Shown: positions 23,820-33,089, counted from the first letter of the stretch. The stretch: DNA of 41,652 nucleotides from Oscillospiraceae bacterium (GCA_015064925.1 SVRH01000003.1:1-41652); one strand, 5' to 3'. Numbers and translations are program-made. The notes: generated from the letters alone by a model not told the origin.

Positions 23820-25979
23820 TTAACTAAACGTTAGTTCTGTTATGACGTTGGATACGAAGGTTGCCATCTTGATCAGCAGACCGGAGAACAGCACTGCTAC
23901 GAACATGATAACCGCCATACCAACAACGGTAGCGATCATGGTGATGATGTTCTTGCCCATCTGGAAGTCGTGAGTTACCATCGTTCCAAAGAACAGAAGC
24001 AAGAAGAACCATACCCAAGCAAAGCCCATGGTCAGGGACACAAATCCCGACTCGGACAGGGATACAAAGTGGGTCAATGCGGTGGAGCAGATCACAAGGA
24101 AGGGCATGGGAGCGATCGCATAGCAGGTCGCAATATAGATATCCTTGAAGCTACCTTCACCTTCGAATAGGGTGGTCAGACACCAGTTTGCCAGCACCCA
24201 CAGGAACAGGGGAACGAGCACGCTGAGGGCTGTGGAGATCAGGCTGCCGGGCTTGCCGCCGGAGAACATATAGGACTTACCGACGGAGTTGTAGCAGAAT
24301 GCCACAACGGCGATTGCCAGCCAAGCGGTTGCTGCACGTACCGAGCCGCGCTTTTCATGCTTCAGATCCCAGAAGCCGTCGAACGGGTGGAACATGACGT
24401 GGTGCGCATACAGGAACTCTTCGTAGAACTTACGCTTACCGCCCTGGGTTGCCACACGCTTGTTGACCTTGCCTGCATATCCGAGATACTTACCAACGAC
24501 GATGATGAACACAACGATCACTGCTACGATCAGGAACAGATAATCGTTAACTGCGTCCTTTCTCCAGCGCTTGAACGCCTCGGAGTAGCTTTCAACGTCG
24601 GAAGCTACCTTGTAATTTTCCATTGCCTCGTTGTAGTCACCGGAGCGGTAGTACGCGTCGCCGATACCTACGTACGCTGCGTCATAGTTGTTGTTGCTCT
24701 GCAGAATCGTGTTCCAGTACTTTACTGCCTCGGTGAACTGACGGTTGTTGGTCAGCTCCAGAGCCTTCAGCAGGACCTCACCGTACTCGGTGATGTGGTA
24801 TACTGTGAATGCATTTTCCTGCTTATCCAGCACCAGCATGGTGCTTCCCTGATACACAATGGCACCGGGCTGCTGCAGGTTACCAAGCTGTGTACCCTTA
24901 TCGCCGAAGGCGTGAAGCAGGTTACCGTTCTTATCATATGTAAAGATACGGCTACGCTTGGAGTCGATAATGGACCAGGTCTCTTCGGGACCGATGGCAA
25001 CGTCTACGATGGTAGATGCACCATAGATATCCTTGGTCTTGTCTACCTGATACTCGTTACGAACGGCTACTTCACCGGAAGGCGGCCAGAAGCCGTTACG
25101 TCTCATGATCTCGTTACCCTTTGCATTCAGCTTCTTAACAGGAGCGTAGTCACCGCTCTTGCTCTTGCCGGTGATGGCAGACTGCTGAGAAGAAGGATCG
25201 ATGTTTTCGGTGGTAACGTAGATGAAGCCGTCCTTATCAATGCAGATATTGTTATAAGTAACGGATACGTTCTTCTCGGTCTTTGCCCGCTCTTCAGCCG
25301 ACTGGAAGCGTCTCCAGAACAGCTCAAATGCATTGTAGGTTACCTTCTGTGCGCCGATGAAGGATGCGAAGGAGCCATCTGCGTTCAGGGAGATGATACC
25401 GTCGATGGTGGTACTGGATACCACGTACATTCTGCCGGCAGCGTCCACCGAGAGAGCTATGGGGCTGTAAATGGCATCGCCTTCAACCACTTCCGCATCG
25501 GGAGTGTTGTGAATGGCAACACATTCCTTGGTTTCGCGGTCAAGAACAACGATACGCGCGTTGTTGGTATCCGCGATGTAGATCTTGCCGTTTGCCACAG
25601 CAACACCCGAAGCGCCCTTGAGGCGGTCGGGGTTACCGTAGGAGTTGATAAACGAGTCGATCTTATACTGATACTTGTAGTTTTCGTCCAGCACATAGAT
25701 GGCACCGGGCTGTTCATTGGTTCCCTGCTGAGGGTCAACCAGATAGATCTCGCCGGTTTCATTATCGATGTACAGGTCGCTGGGCTTGCTCAGAGCGGCA
25801 GGCAGATTCATGTAGGAAGAGTCGATCTGCTTATACGGTCTGTATGCGTCGGGAGAGCTCAGGGGCTGACCGCCGTACGAATATGTATAGGTGGTATAAG
25901 CCGCTGCGCTGGAAGCAATCGCACCGATCGCAAACACAAGCACAAATGCAAGGGCGATAATTCTGATTAATTTTTTCAT
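23820..25979 (-). CDS. NHL-repeat/TPR/Yip1 fusion membrane protein
   Basis: Signal peptide, NHL repeats (IYIADTNNARIVVLD), TPR-like segment (AYVGIGDAYYRSGDYNEAMENY), TM helix, then Yip1-like domain (HPFDGFWDLKHEKRGS, ANWCLTTLFEGEG). Confidence 0.85.
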   Translation of the reverse strand: MKKLIRIIALAFVLVFAIGAIASSAAAYTTYTYSYGGQPLSSPDAYRPYKQIDSSYMNLPAALSKPSDLYIDNETGEIYLVDPQQGTNEQPGAIYVLDENYKYQYKIDSFINSYGNPDRLKGASGVAVANGKIYIADTNNARIVVLDRETKECVAIHNTPDAEVVEGDAIYSPIALSVDAAGRMYVVSSTTIDGIISLNADGSFASFIGAQKVTYNAFELFWRRFQSAEERAKTEKNVSVTYNNICIDKDGFIYVTTENIDPSSQQSAITGKSKSGDYAPVKKLNAKGNEIMRRNGFWPPSGEVAVRNEYQVDKTKDIYGASTIVDVAIGPEETWSIIDSKRSRIFTYDKNGNLLHAFGDKGTQLGNLQQPGAIVYQGSTMLVLDKQENAFTVYHITEYGEVLLKALELTNNRQFTEAVKYWNTILQSNNNYDAAYVGIGDAYYRSGDYNEAMENYKVASDVESYSEAFKRWRKDAVNDYLFLIVAVIVVFIIVVGKYLGYAGKVNKRVATQGGKRKFYEEFLYAHHVMFHPFDGFWDLKHEKRGSVRAATAWLAIAVVAFCYNSVGKSYMFSGGKPGSLISTALSVLVPLFLWVLANWCLTTLFEGEGSFKDIYIATCYAIAPMPFLVICSTALTHFVSLSESGFVSLTMGFAWVWFFLLLFFGTMVTHDFQMGKNIITMIATVVGMAVIMFVAVLFSGLLIKMATFVSNVITELTFS

Positions 25980-25993
25980 AATGATATCCCCCT

Positions 25994-26869
25994 TTAGTCT
26001 TTCATACCGGAAGACGACATGGTTTCGATGATGTTACTCTGTGTAATAACGAATACCAGAATCGGAACCAGCATCATGATAACTACCGATGCCGCACCGG
26101 CACCCGCACGGACGACACCGCCCGCAAGGATCTGACCGATCGCGTAGTTAAACGTCTTCAACTGTTCACTGTAAATATAAATGGAAGAACCGGAGTTCCA
26201 CAGACCCTGGAAGGAGTACACGATCATAGTCAGCCACGCAGGCTTAACCATGGGCATCGCGATCACAAGGAAGGTATGGATTTCGCTGGCGCCGTCAAGA
26301 CGGGCAGACTCCAGAACCGCATCGGAAACCGAGCTTTCCATAAACTGCTTCATCAGGTAAAGACCCAGCGTGGAGCCCCATGCGGGAACGATTACCGACA
26401 GAAGGTTGTCAACCATTCCGATCTTAGACAGGATCAGGAAGGTGGTGATACCACCGACAGTGGAGTGGAACATCAGCGATTTTACAATCAAGCCGAACAT
26501 CCAGCCTCTGCCGGGGAACTTGATCTTGGACAGAACGTACGCAGCAAGCGATGCCAGGATCAGGTTACCTGCGGTACCGGTTACGGAGATCAGAACCGTG
26601 TTGAAGATATATCTGGAGAAAGGAACCCAAGAGGTATTCATCAGACGGAACAGGTCACCGTAGTTTTTAAGAGAAGGATTGTAAACCCAAAATCTGGGAG
26701 GGAATGTCCACAGCTCATCCAGGGGCTTCAGAGACTGCAACACCGTGTACAGCATCGGCAGAAACATGAAGGCGCCCAGGATCGTGAGGAAGAAGGTAAT
26801 ACCGGCGTCGCCGCCCGCAGAACGGTTCAGGACAACGGCATGTTTTCTTGTTCTAAGCTTTTTACTCAT
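25994..26869 (-). CDS. Carbohydrate ABC transporter permease (MalG-like)
   Basis: SLKPLDELWTFPPRF; VLESARLDGASE EAA loop. Confidence 0.92.
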   Translation of the reverse strand: MSKKLRTRKHAVVLNRSAGGDAGITFFLTILGAFMFLPMLYTVLQSLKPLDELWTFPPRFWVYNPSLKNYGDLFRLMNTSWVPFSRYIFNTVLISVTGTAGNLILASLAAYVLSKIKFPGRGWMFGLIVKSLMFHSTVGGITTFLILSKIGMVDNLLSVIVPAWGSTLGLYLMKQFMESSVSDAVLESARLDGASEIHTFLVIAMPMVKPAWLTMIVYSFQGLWNSGSSIYIYSEQLKTFNYAIGQILAGGVVRAGAGAASVVIMMLVPILVFVITQSNIIETMSSSGMKD

Positions 26870-26870
26870 G

Positions 26871-27842
26871 TTATTGTCCTACCTTTGATAACAATTTCTG
26901 CACTCCCACGTTTGCTGCGTACATGATGATAAACAGCACGGTAGCAATTGCGGAAGCATAACCGATTTCGTAACGGGCACCGCCGTAGTCATCCAGATGG
27001 TGGGTGATGGTGTGTGCCGCATAGTCTACAGAGGGGAAGCCTGCAAGCGCTGTAACGATACCGCCGAAGCCGAAGGAGCCGGTGATGGAAAGGATCGCAC
27101 CGAACATCATCTGAGGCTTCATGTAAGGCAGGGTGATGTACCAAAGCTCCTGCCAACGGTTCTTGATGCCGTCCACTGCACCTGCCTCGTAAAGGCTGCG
27201 GTCAACGACCTGCAGACCTGCGATAAATGACAGGAACGCGGTACCAAGGGATGTCCACAATGCAACCACGATACAAAGAGGCATTACGTAGCTTGCGTTA
27301 TTGAACCACTGAATAGGTCCGTCGATCACACCCATTTTTAAAAGCAGACCGTTTACGTAACCGTAGGAGTCACCCGAGAACATAACGCCCCAAATGGTGT
27401 ATACGGAACCGGAAATGGAGGGTGCATAGAAGATCAGAGTTACGATTGCTCTGATGCGGGGAGGAAGCTCGTTGATGAACCATGCAACAATGAAGGACAA
27501 CACGTAGGAAACGGGACCTGTGATTGCCGCAAAGATCAGGGTGTTCTGAACTGCGATAATAAAGATATCGTCGTCAAGGAAGAGGCGCAGATAGTTGTCA
27601 AATCCGACCCAGTTAGGCCACTCGAGCATGTTAAAGTCGGTAAAGCTGAGGATTGCGGACAGTACGACCGGAACGACCGTAAACACAACGAAGATCAGGT
27701 AATAAGGCGCCAGCATCAGGTAAGCCATGTAATTACGCTTGATCTCTTTCAGTGTCCAGCTGAGCTTTGACATTTCATTTCTGGAAACCGCTTTTTTGGG
27801 AGCTGCGGTTTCAGGCATTTTTGCAACTGCCGTTTCAGACAC
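26871..27842 (-). CDS. Carbohydrate ABC transporter permease (MalF-like)
   Basis: GTG start behind AAGGAG; AGLQVVDRSLYEAGAVDGI EAA loop; WVGFDNY. Confidence 0.92.
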   Translation of the reverse strand: MSETAVAKMPETAAPKKAVSRNEMSKLSWTLKEIKRNYMAYLMLAPYYLIFVVFTVVPVVLSAILSFTDFNMLEWPNWVGFDNYLRLFLDDDIFIIAVQNTLIFAAITGPVSYVLSFIVAWFINELPPRIRAIVTLIFYAPSISGSVYTIWGVMFSGDSYGYVNGLLLKMGVIDGPIQWFNNASYVMPLCIVVALWTSLGTAFLSFIAGLQVVDRSLYEAGAVDGIKNRWQELWYITLPYMKPQMMFGAILSITGSFGFGGIVTALAGFPSVDYAAHTITHHLDDYGGARYEIGYASAIATVLFIIMYAANVGVQKLLSKVGQ

Positions 27843-27874
27843 TTATATTCACTCCTTATACTGAATTTTGTTTT

Positions 27875-27898
27875 CCCGGATCGCCGGAGCGATCCGGG
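27875..27898 (-). promoter_or_regulatory. Intra-operon stem-loop after the SBP gene (probable mRNA 3' stabiliser)
   Basis: CCCGGATCGC-N4-GCGATCCGGG; no U tract follows on the transcribed (minus) strand. Confidence 0.6.
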
Positions 27899-27908
27899 CT
27901 GTTTGATT

Positions 27909-30900
27909 TTAGTCCATGTATGCCAGTCCGAACTCCTGACGCTTTCTGGAAAGCTCGGAGTTGATGGCAGTTACATACTGACGCAGAGATTCGATGGGGT
28001 CAGCGTTGTTGTTAACCACGTCGAGGAATGCAAAGTTAACGTAACGTGCAATAATATAACTTCCGGGGTACTCAGGGATACCTGCAAGATTTTCAAACTG
28101 ACTCTTCAGGCTTGCCAGCTCAGCAGAGGTCCAAGGCAGGGCCTCCAGCGCCTCGCGGTTCGCGGTGCTGTGCTTGGATTCGGTACCGAGCAGAGCGGTC
28201 AGCTCGTTTGCGTAGGAAACCTGACAGGTCTTGCCGGAGAACCACTTCATGAATTCCCAAGCATTCTTGGTCTTTTCATCGCTACGGCCGGGGCTGGTCA
28301 GCATAATGGAAGCGGAGGTACCGGAAACGGAGTCGTTGTTGATGATGGGAGTACCATCCTCTTCGTAACCAACGATCATACCGGGCATGGGAACGAATTC
28401 CCACAGACCCTTGATTTCGGTAGCATACAGAGAAAGCTGTGTATAAGTTCCGTAAGGCACGATACCGATCGGGATCTCACCGGTACGGAAACGGTTGGAG
28501 AAGTCATAAGCTACGGGGAACTTGTACTGCTGGAAGAATTCGCAAAGCATTTCGAAGGATTCCAGAGAGTTGTCAAGCTCGAAGGAGATAGTCTGACCGC
28601 CGTTGCTGTACAGGTCTCCGTTGTTCTGATACAAGAACATCTGGAAGCCACCCAGCGATGTGGGCATTGCGATCTCCATGTTGTTGGCGCTCAGCACGCC
28701 GATGATGGCATTCAGGTCATCCCAGGTCTTGGGAGGCTCAATGCCCAGTTCATTGAAGATGTCGGCACGGTAGAACATTACGTTGAAGCTCTGTTCCATG
28801 GGCAGACCCCACAGAGAGAACTTTTCATAGTATTTGCCTTCCTTCATCTCATCAGAGTCGGTTTCCTTTGCCTGGAACTTATCATACTTCTTCTTGTCAG
28901 CTTCAGACAAAGCGTTGTAGGACTCTTCGGTGATAACCTCGTGCAGAGTCAGCGGCACGGTGGCAGAGGTAGTGAACCAAGCCTTGTCGGAGTCACCCTT
29001 ATCCTCACCGCGCAGCTCAGCAATTACGTGATCGAAGCCGGTGATCTCACGTGCACCTTCGAAATCGGTCAATTCCACCAGTGCGCTACGGATCGCCCAG
29101 TTGATAACGTCCGAGCTGCCGTGTCCCAGCGAAACGTCGGGACCTACACCCGCAAGCACCGAGGGAAGCAACGAGCCACCCGCAACCAGCTTCATGTTTA
29201 CGGGGCATCCGCCTTCCTTAGCGGTAAATTCGTTGGTGATCAGGTTACGCAGGATCTGTGCACGGTCACGGTCGGTTGCGTACCAAACTTCAACCGCGCC
29301 TGCTTCCAGGGACTTCTTATCCAGAACGCCCAGAGTGTCGTAGTCGGACACGAAGCTTGCAAAGAACATCTTGATTTCATACCACAGAGTTGCAAAGAAG
29401 CCTGCGGTAGCCTCGGGCAGCACCTTCTTGGTGGCGTTACCGGAGCAAATGAGGAAATAGTCAAATTCCAAAGGAGACTCACGCGAGTCGGAAATCCAGG
29501 TACCCAGCGTACCCATGTTACTCTTCAGAGAGGTCAGGTTGCCGGCGATTTCGCTTTCATTCTTACCCATCTTCTTCAGAAGCTGGATAACCGTTTCAAG
29601 TGTTGCCACGTGGCTACCCTTGGTCTTGGTGATCGCCTTCAGATCCTTCACTACGGACTCAAGGTTACGAGCCTGCAGAGCCAGTTCCTCAACCGCATCC
29701 GGGATACGTTCGTTAAAGTTATAGTCGCGATATTCGTCAGGGTTGGTGCCAACCAGCATCAGAATCTTGGAGTATGCGCTGGTGATGTTATCCAGAGAAT
29801 CGTCTACGCGGTAGATGATGTCTGCCATCTGACCGAGGTTCGCTTCAAACTCAACATAGTTTACGCCCTTTTCCAAATATACCTTGATAGGCGTCTTACC
29901 GTCGAAGGAGAGGAAGCCGATCTGCCAGTCGTCACTGTAGCCGAAGCGCAGATAGCTTGCTTCATAGAAAGGAACGGTTGCTTCGCTTTCACCGGGAAGC
30001 TGCACACGCAGCTGACGGGACACAAAGGAACCGGCAAGCATGGTCTGAGCAAAACGGGGAGCGATGGTGTAGAAGCCGCTTTCCGGAACCTCTACCTTAT
30101 AGCGGATCCACTGTCCTACCGTGGTCCACTTCTTACTGTCGGTGGAACCGCCGCCAATCGTGTTCAGACGCTGCTTTGCAGGGTGCTGAGGACTGGTGAT
30201 GCAAGAAGTACGGTCGTTGGTGGGATACAGGGTGATATCGGAAGTGGTTTCACTGATTTCCGCTTCATATTTAATATTAGACTTAAGTTCAACGTCTTTG
30301 GCGCCGTCTGCCTGCAGATCCTTCAGGTACTGCTCGTATCTGATCGCAGTGCCGCCGCCCTTTTCGGTGTCGAACGCCCACTTGTATTCCTGCTCAACAG
30401 GATCAAAGGTCCAGTTGTTGATCACAACTGCCTCACGCTGCGCGTACAGCTTGATGGTGTGAGTACCTTCCGTCAGATAGAACTGAAGTGCCTCTACGTT
30501 GTAACCGGTGGAATCCTTAAAGGTGTAGGAGCGCTTTGCCTCAATCATCTTGGTAACAGGACGCATCTGGTTGCCGGTGATGTCCTGAGTGAACTTCACG
30601 TCTGTGCCGTCCAGTACCTTATCGTTGACAAAGTTCTTATACGCCTTGGTCATGCTGAGGTAGGTTGCTTCATAGAAAGGAATAACGCCGTCGATATAGA
30701 AGCTTCTTTCAATGGACGAATCCTTACTTTCGGGAATGCCCAGCTTGCTATCAGCAGCATCGATAATCGTGTAGTAGCTAAAGGAAGAGGTATAGAAACC
30801 CGCCTTCTCTACGTTGATCTGCCATACAACCTCACCGGTAGCGGGCAGGTACAGTGCGCCTTCGCCCAAAGCCTTGACAGCCTTTTCTGCCTTAGCTTCG

Positions 30901-31181
30901 ATCATGGCTTTTAAATTTGCATCAGCGGTATACTCGCCAAGGTTAACCTTGATCGACGCAGCCCCTGCGTTGTTGGGCTTACCGTTCTGATCAAAGGCTG
31001 CTTCTTTGTGATCCTCGTAGTAATTTCGGAAGCTGATGGTGTTCAGCACGTCCTTCAAGTTACCAACGCGATCATCGGAGCTGCTATCACTTGCGGCAGC
31101 CGTGCCAAACGAGGCGCCGCCAAACAGCATTCCGATCACGAGAATTCCGGCGAGCAACCGGATTCCAATGGACTTGCTCAT
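27909..31181 (-). CDS. Large multidomain extracellular solute-binding protein (carbohydrate ABC system)
   Basis: Signal peptide without lipobox. Two jelly-roll-like repeats (VWQINVEKAGFY; IRYKVEVPESGFY), a helical linker, and a C-terminal SBP domain (FYRADIFNELGIEPPKTWDD, AWEFMKW, PEYPGSY). GGGAGG RBS. Confidence 0.88.
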   Translation of the reverse strand: MSKSIGIRLLAGILVIGMLFGGASFGTAAASDSSSDDRVGNLKDVLNTISFRNYYEDHKEAAFDQNGKPNNAGAASIKVNLGEYTADANLKAMIEAKAEKAVKALGEGALYLPATGEVVWQINVEKAGFYTSSFSYYTIIDAADSKLGIPESKDSSIERSFYIDGVIPFYEATYLSMTKAYKNFVNDKVLDGTDVKFTQDITGNQMRPVTKMIEAKRSYTFKDSTGYNVEALQFYLTEGTHTIKLYAQREAVVINNWTFDPVEQEYKWAFDTEKGGGTAIRYEQYLKDLQADGAKDVELKSNIKYEAEISETTSDITLYPTNDRTSCITSPQHPAKQRLNTIGGGSTDSKKWTTVGQWIRYKVEVPESGFYTIAPRFAQTMLAGSFVSRQLRVQLPGESEATVPFYEASYLRFGYSDDWQIGFLSFDGKTPIKVYLEKGVNYVEFEANLGQMADIIYRVDDSLDNITSAYSKILMLVGTNPDEYRDYNFNERIPDAVEELALQARNLESVVKDLKAITKTKGSHVATLETVIQLLKKMGKNESEIAGNLTSLKSNMGTLGTWISDSRESPLEFDYFLICSGNATKKVLPEATAGFFATLWYEIKMFFASFVSDYDTLGVLDKKSLEAGAVEVWYATDRDRAQILRNLITNEFTAKEGGCPVNMKLVAGGSLLPSVLAGVGPDVSLGHGSSDVINWAIRSALVELTDFEGAREITGFDHVIAELRGEDKGDSDKAWFTTSATVPLTLHEVITEESYNALSEADKKKYDKFQAKETDSDEMKEGKYYEKFSLWGLPMEQSFNVMFYRADIFNELGIEPPKTWDDLNAIIGVLSANNMEIAMPTSLGGFQMFLYQNNGDLYSNGGQTISFELDNSLESFEMLCEFFQQYKFPVAYDFSNRFRTGEIPIGIVPYGTYTQLSLYATEIKGLWEFVPMPGMIVGYEEDGTPIINNDSVSGTSASIMLTSPGRSDEKTKNAWEFMKWFSGKTCQVSYANELTALLGTESKHSTANREALEALPWTSAELASLKSQFENLAGIPEYPGSYIIARYVNFAFLDVVNNNADPIESLRQYVTAINSELSRKRQEFGLAYMD

Positions 31182-31374
31182 AATATGTTCCTCCCATTCT
31201 ATTTTGGTCGACCGTCATACAATAAGCTGACACGGAATGGTTCCAACATACAGTGGCTTCTTCCGTTATTCACTCTGATTGCAATCCGGTCAACAAGCCG
31301 CACCGCGCGGCTTTTTAGATGACAATTCCTGCCCTCGTCAGAGCAGGAAAGGTCCTCTTTTTTTGGATGAATAT

Positions 31375-31403
31375 ATATTAACATATCGAACCGAAAAAGT
31401 CAA
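31375..31403 (-). promoter_or_regulatory. Candidate sigmaA promoter of the carbohydrate ABC operon
   Basis: Minus strand TTGACT-17bp-TAATAT with TGn; implies a 5' leader of ~190 nt. Confidence 0.55.
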
Positions 31404-31796
31404 GAAGGGGTTTTGCACCAAAATTCATAGGGAAAATCGCTTTTTAAGAAGGATTCCTAAAAAAATAATTTTGTAACCGCATTATAACTTTACACCCCTC
31501 CGTGTGTTTTAAACTGAAGTGTCATGCGTTCACCCGTGCTTGTTAATTTTGTTCACCTTTCAGTGTTGTATCTGCATCGTTTCTTCTTGTTACGCGTCTT
31601 TTTAATATTATAAAATTTGTTATGTTACACTCTGCGCCAATCTTTTTAAATCTGACGCTGTTTTTGTTCATATTTTCCCATGTGATTTTTTTGTACATTT
31701 TGCACAAATTTTTAGGTGAATTTTCTACACATTCACCGATCACATTATTTTCACATATTGTACTGTATTATCTTTTGTATTTTTCTGATTTTGCTA

Positions 31797-31825
31797 TTGC
31801 ATTTTGCGTCTCGCTGTGCTATACT
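31797..31825 (+). promoter_or_regulatory. sigmaA promoter of the small HTH gene
   Basis: TTGCAT-17bp-TATACT with TGn. Confidence 0.7.
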
Positions 31826-31832
31826 CAAAGCA

Positions 31833-31866
31833 CGAACAATTGTTCTTTTGTAAGAACATTAGTTTT
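31833..31866. promoter_or_regulatory. Tandem LexA/DinR (SOS, Cheo) boxes
   Basis: CGAAC-AATT-GTTCT (31833-31846) and AGAAC-ATTA-GTTTT (31853-31866) match the Firmicutes GAAC-N4-GTTC consensus (second box has one mismatch). They lie between the -10 and the RBS. Confidence 0.7.
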
Positions 31867-31887
31867 TTGAAAGGAAGGTACCAAACT

Positions 31888-32199
31888 ATGAACCTACTAG
31901 AATACTTTAAGCAATACCCTATTTTAGCTCAAAAAGCAGAGAAAGTTGTCGAATCAGACGCCTCAATCTACGCACTTTCCCAGATGAAAGACCTGCTTGA
32001 AAATTACGTTCCCGACGGCATCGACCGCAGAACCGAGTATCGCCTGAGCGACGAAAAGGAATTTATTCGCCTCCATTGCATCGAGGGAATCTCCGTGGAA
32101 CAGGCCGCTGAGCGTATGTGTATCAGTCGGGACACTGCCTATCGGATCCGTCGACGCCTTTGCGCCAAGGAAGTTACAGCTGTGCCGTGTGTTTCATAA
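31888..32199 (+). CDS. Small helix-turn-helix protein (sigma70 region 4-like)
   Basis: ATG 31888 behind GAAAGGAAGG; LSDEKEFIRLHCIEGISVEQAAERMCISRDTAYRIRRR; 103 aa. Confidence 0.8.
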   Translation: MNLLEYFKQYPILAQKAEKVVESDASIYALSQMKDLLENYVPDGIDRRTEYRLSDEKEFIRLHCIEGISVEQAAERMCISRDTAYRIRRRLCAKEVTAVPCVS

Positions 32200-32208
32200 T
32201 TCGTTCTC

Positions 32209-32262
32209 AAAATAAAAAACAGGACCGATTTCGTTGCGAAAATCAGTTCTGTTTTTTATTTT
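32209..32262. terminator. Bidirectional terminator between the HTH gene and thyX
   Basis: AAAATAAAAAACAGGACCGATTT...AAATCAGTTCTGTTTTTTATTTT imperfect inverted repeat. Confidence 0.65.
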
Positions 32263-33028
32263 ATTTTTCATTCATCGCACGGTGACGTGCTCTGACTTCG
32301 GATGCTTTGCCGCAGGTCATTGTCCCCTCGGAGCAAGCACCTCTCACGCAAGCGGGTCCTGCGCTTCGGAACAGAAGCGGACTAACCTTGCGCACCTGCT
32401 CCAGCATCAGCCAAGCCATCTCACAGATCTCCCACTGTGCGCGGTTGCAGCAGCGCAGCTTAAAGAAATTGTACAGCGATCTTGTATTCATGGTCATGAT
32501 GATGCGTGTATCGCAGGCGCCGGGCAACACAAATCTGGCATCCTCGTTCGCCTTCTTTTCGGCAAGCGCGCGGGCATTCTGCTCGCTCTTTCCCTGCTCC
32601 ATGAAGGTCTTTGTATGCTTTTCGATGAGAAGATTGCGAATGGCATCATAATCCTCGGCATTTCTCTGCATATTCGCAAGGTACAGCTGCTTTGCCTCGG
32701 GACAAGCTTCGATCTCGGGCGGTGTCACAAAGCGAAAGCCCGACTTGGAAACGTAGCGCTGACTTTGTACCGAAAAGGACGCAATTCTGTGGCGGGTAAG
32801 CTGCGCAAGCAACGTGCGCGAAACCCCCTCAATGCCAAAGGTAAAGCTGGCGTGCTCCACCGGGCTTTCATGTCCCAAACTCATCAGCTTGTCCAAAAAT
32901 TCCTCGGTCTTTTCGGGGGTCAAGCCGTCAAGTAGCGTATCAATATCGCTTTTGGCATAACAAAGCTTGGCAGCAGCAGCCACCAATTTATCTCCGTCCG
33001 GTGTGTAAGCAAGCAGTTCTACCTTCAT
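32261..33028 (-). CDS. thyX: FAD-dependent thymidylate synthase
   Basis: GHESPVEH, RHRIASFSVQSQRYV, EDARFVLP and AQWEI motifs; start MKVELL behind AGAGG. Confidence 0.97.
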   Translation of the reverse strand: MKVELLAYTPDGDKLVAAAAKLCYAKSDIDTLLDGLTPEKTEEFLDKLMSLGHESPVEHASFTFGIEGVSRTLLAQLTRHRIASFSVQSQRYVSKSGFRFVTPPEIEACPEAKQLYLANMQRNAEDYDAIRNLLIEKHTKTFMEQGKSEQNARALAEKKANEDARFVLPGACDTRIIMTMNTRSLYNFFKLRCCNRAQWEICEMAWLMLEQVRKVSPLLFRSAGPACVRGACSEGTMTCGKASEVRARHRAMNEK

Positions 33029-33060
33029 AATCGTTCCTCTTTTTTGCATTTATCGCTATC

Positions 33061-33089
33061 ATCATACACCACTTTTCCAAAATTGTCAA
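33061..33089 (-). promoter_or_regulatory. sigmaA promoter of thyX
   Basis: Minus strand TTGACA-17bp-TATGAT. Confidence 0.75.

Noticed and set aside
31214-31270. Cobalamin riboswitch suggested by GCCACUG on the minus strand
   Set aside because: The other conserved elements (GGGAA...GGUG, AAUCC, GGGAAG, AGYCAGRAGACC) are missing and the downstream genes are not B12-related.
31543-31870. Small ORFs 31543-31743 (-) and 31622-31870 (+)
   Set aside because: Low-complexity AT-rich promoter DNA, no RBS, overlapping promoter and operator motifs.
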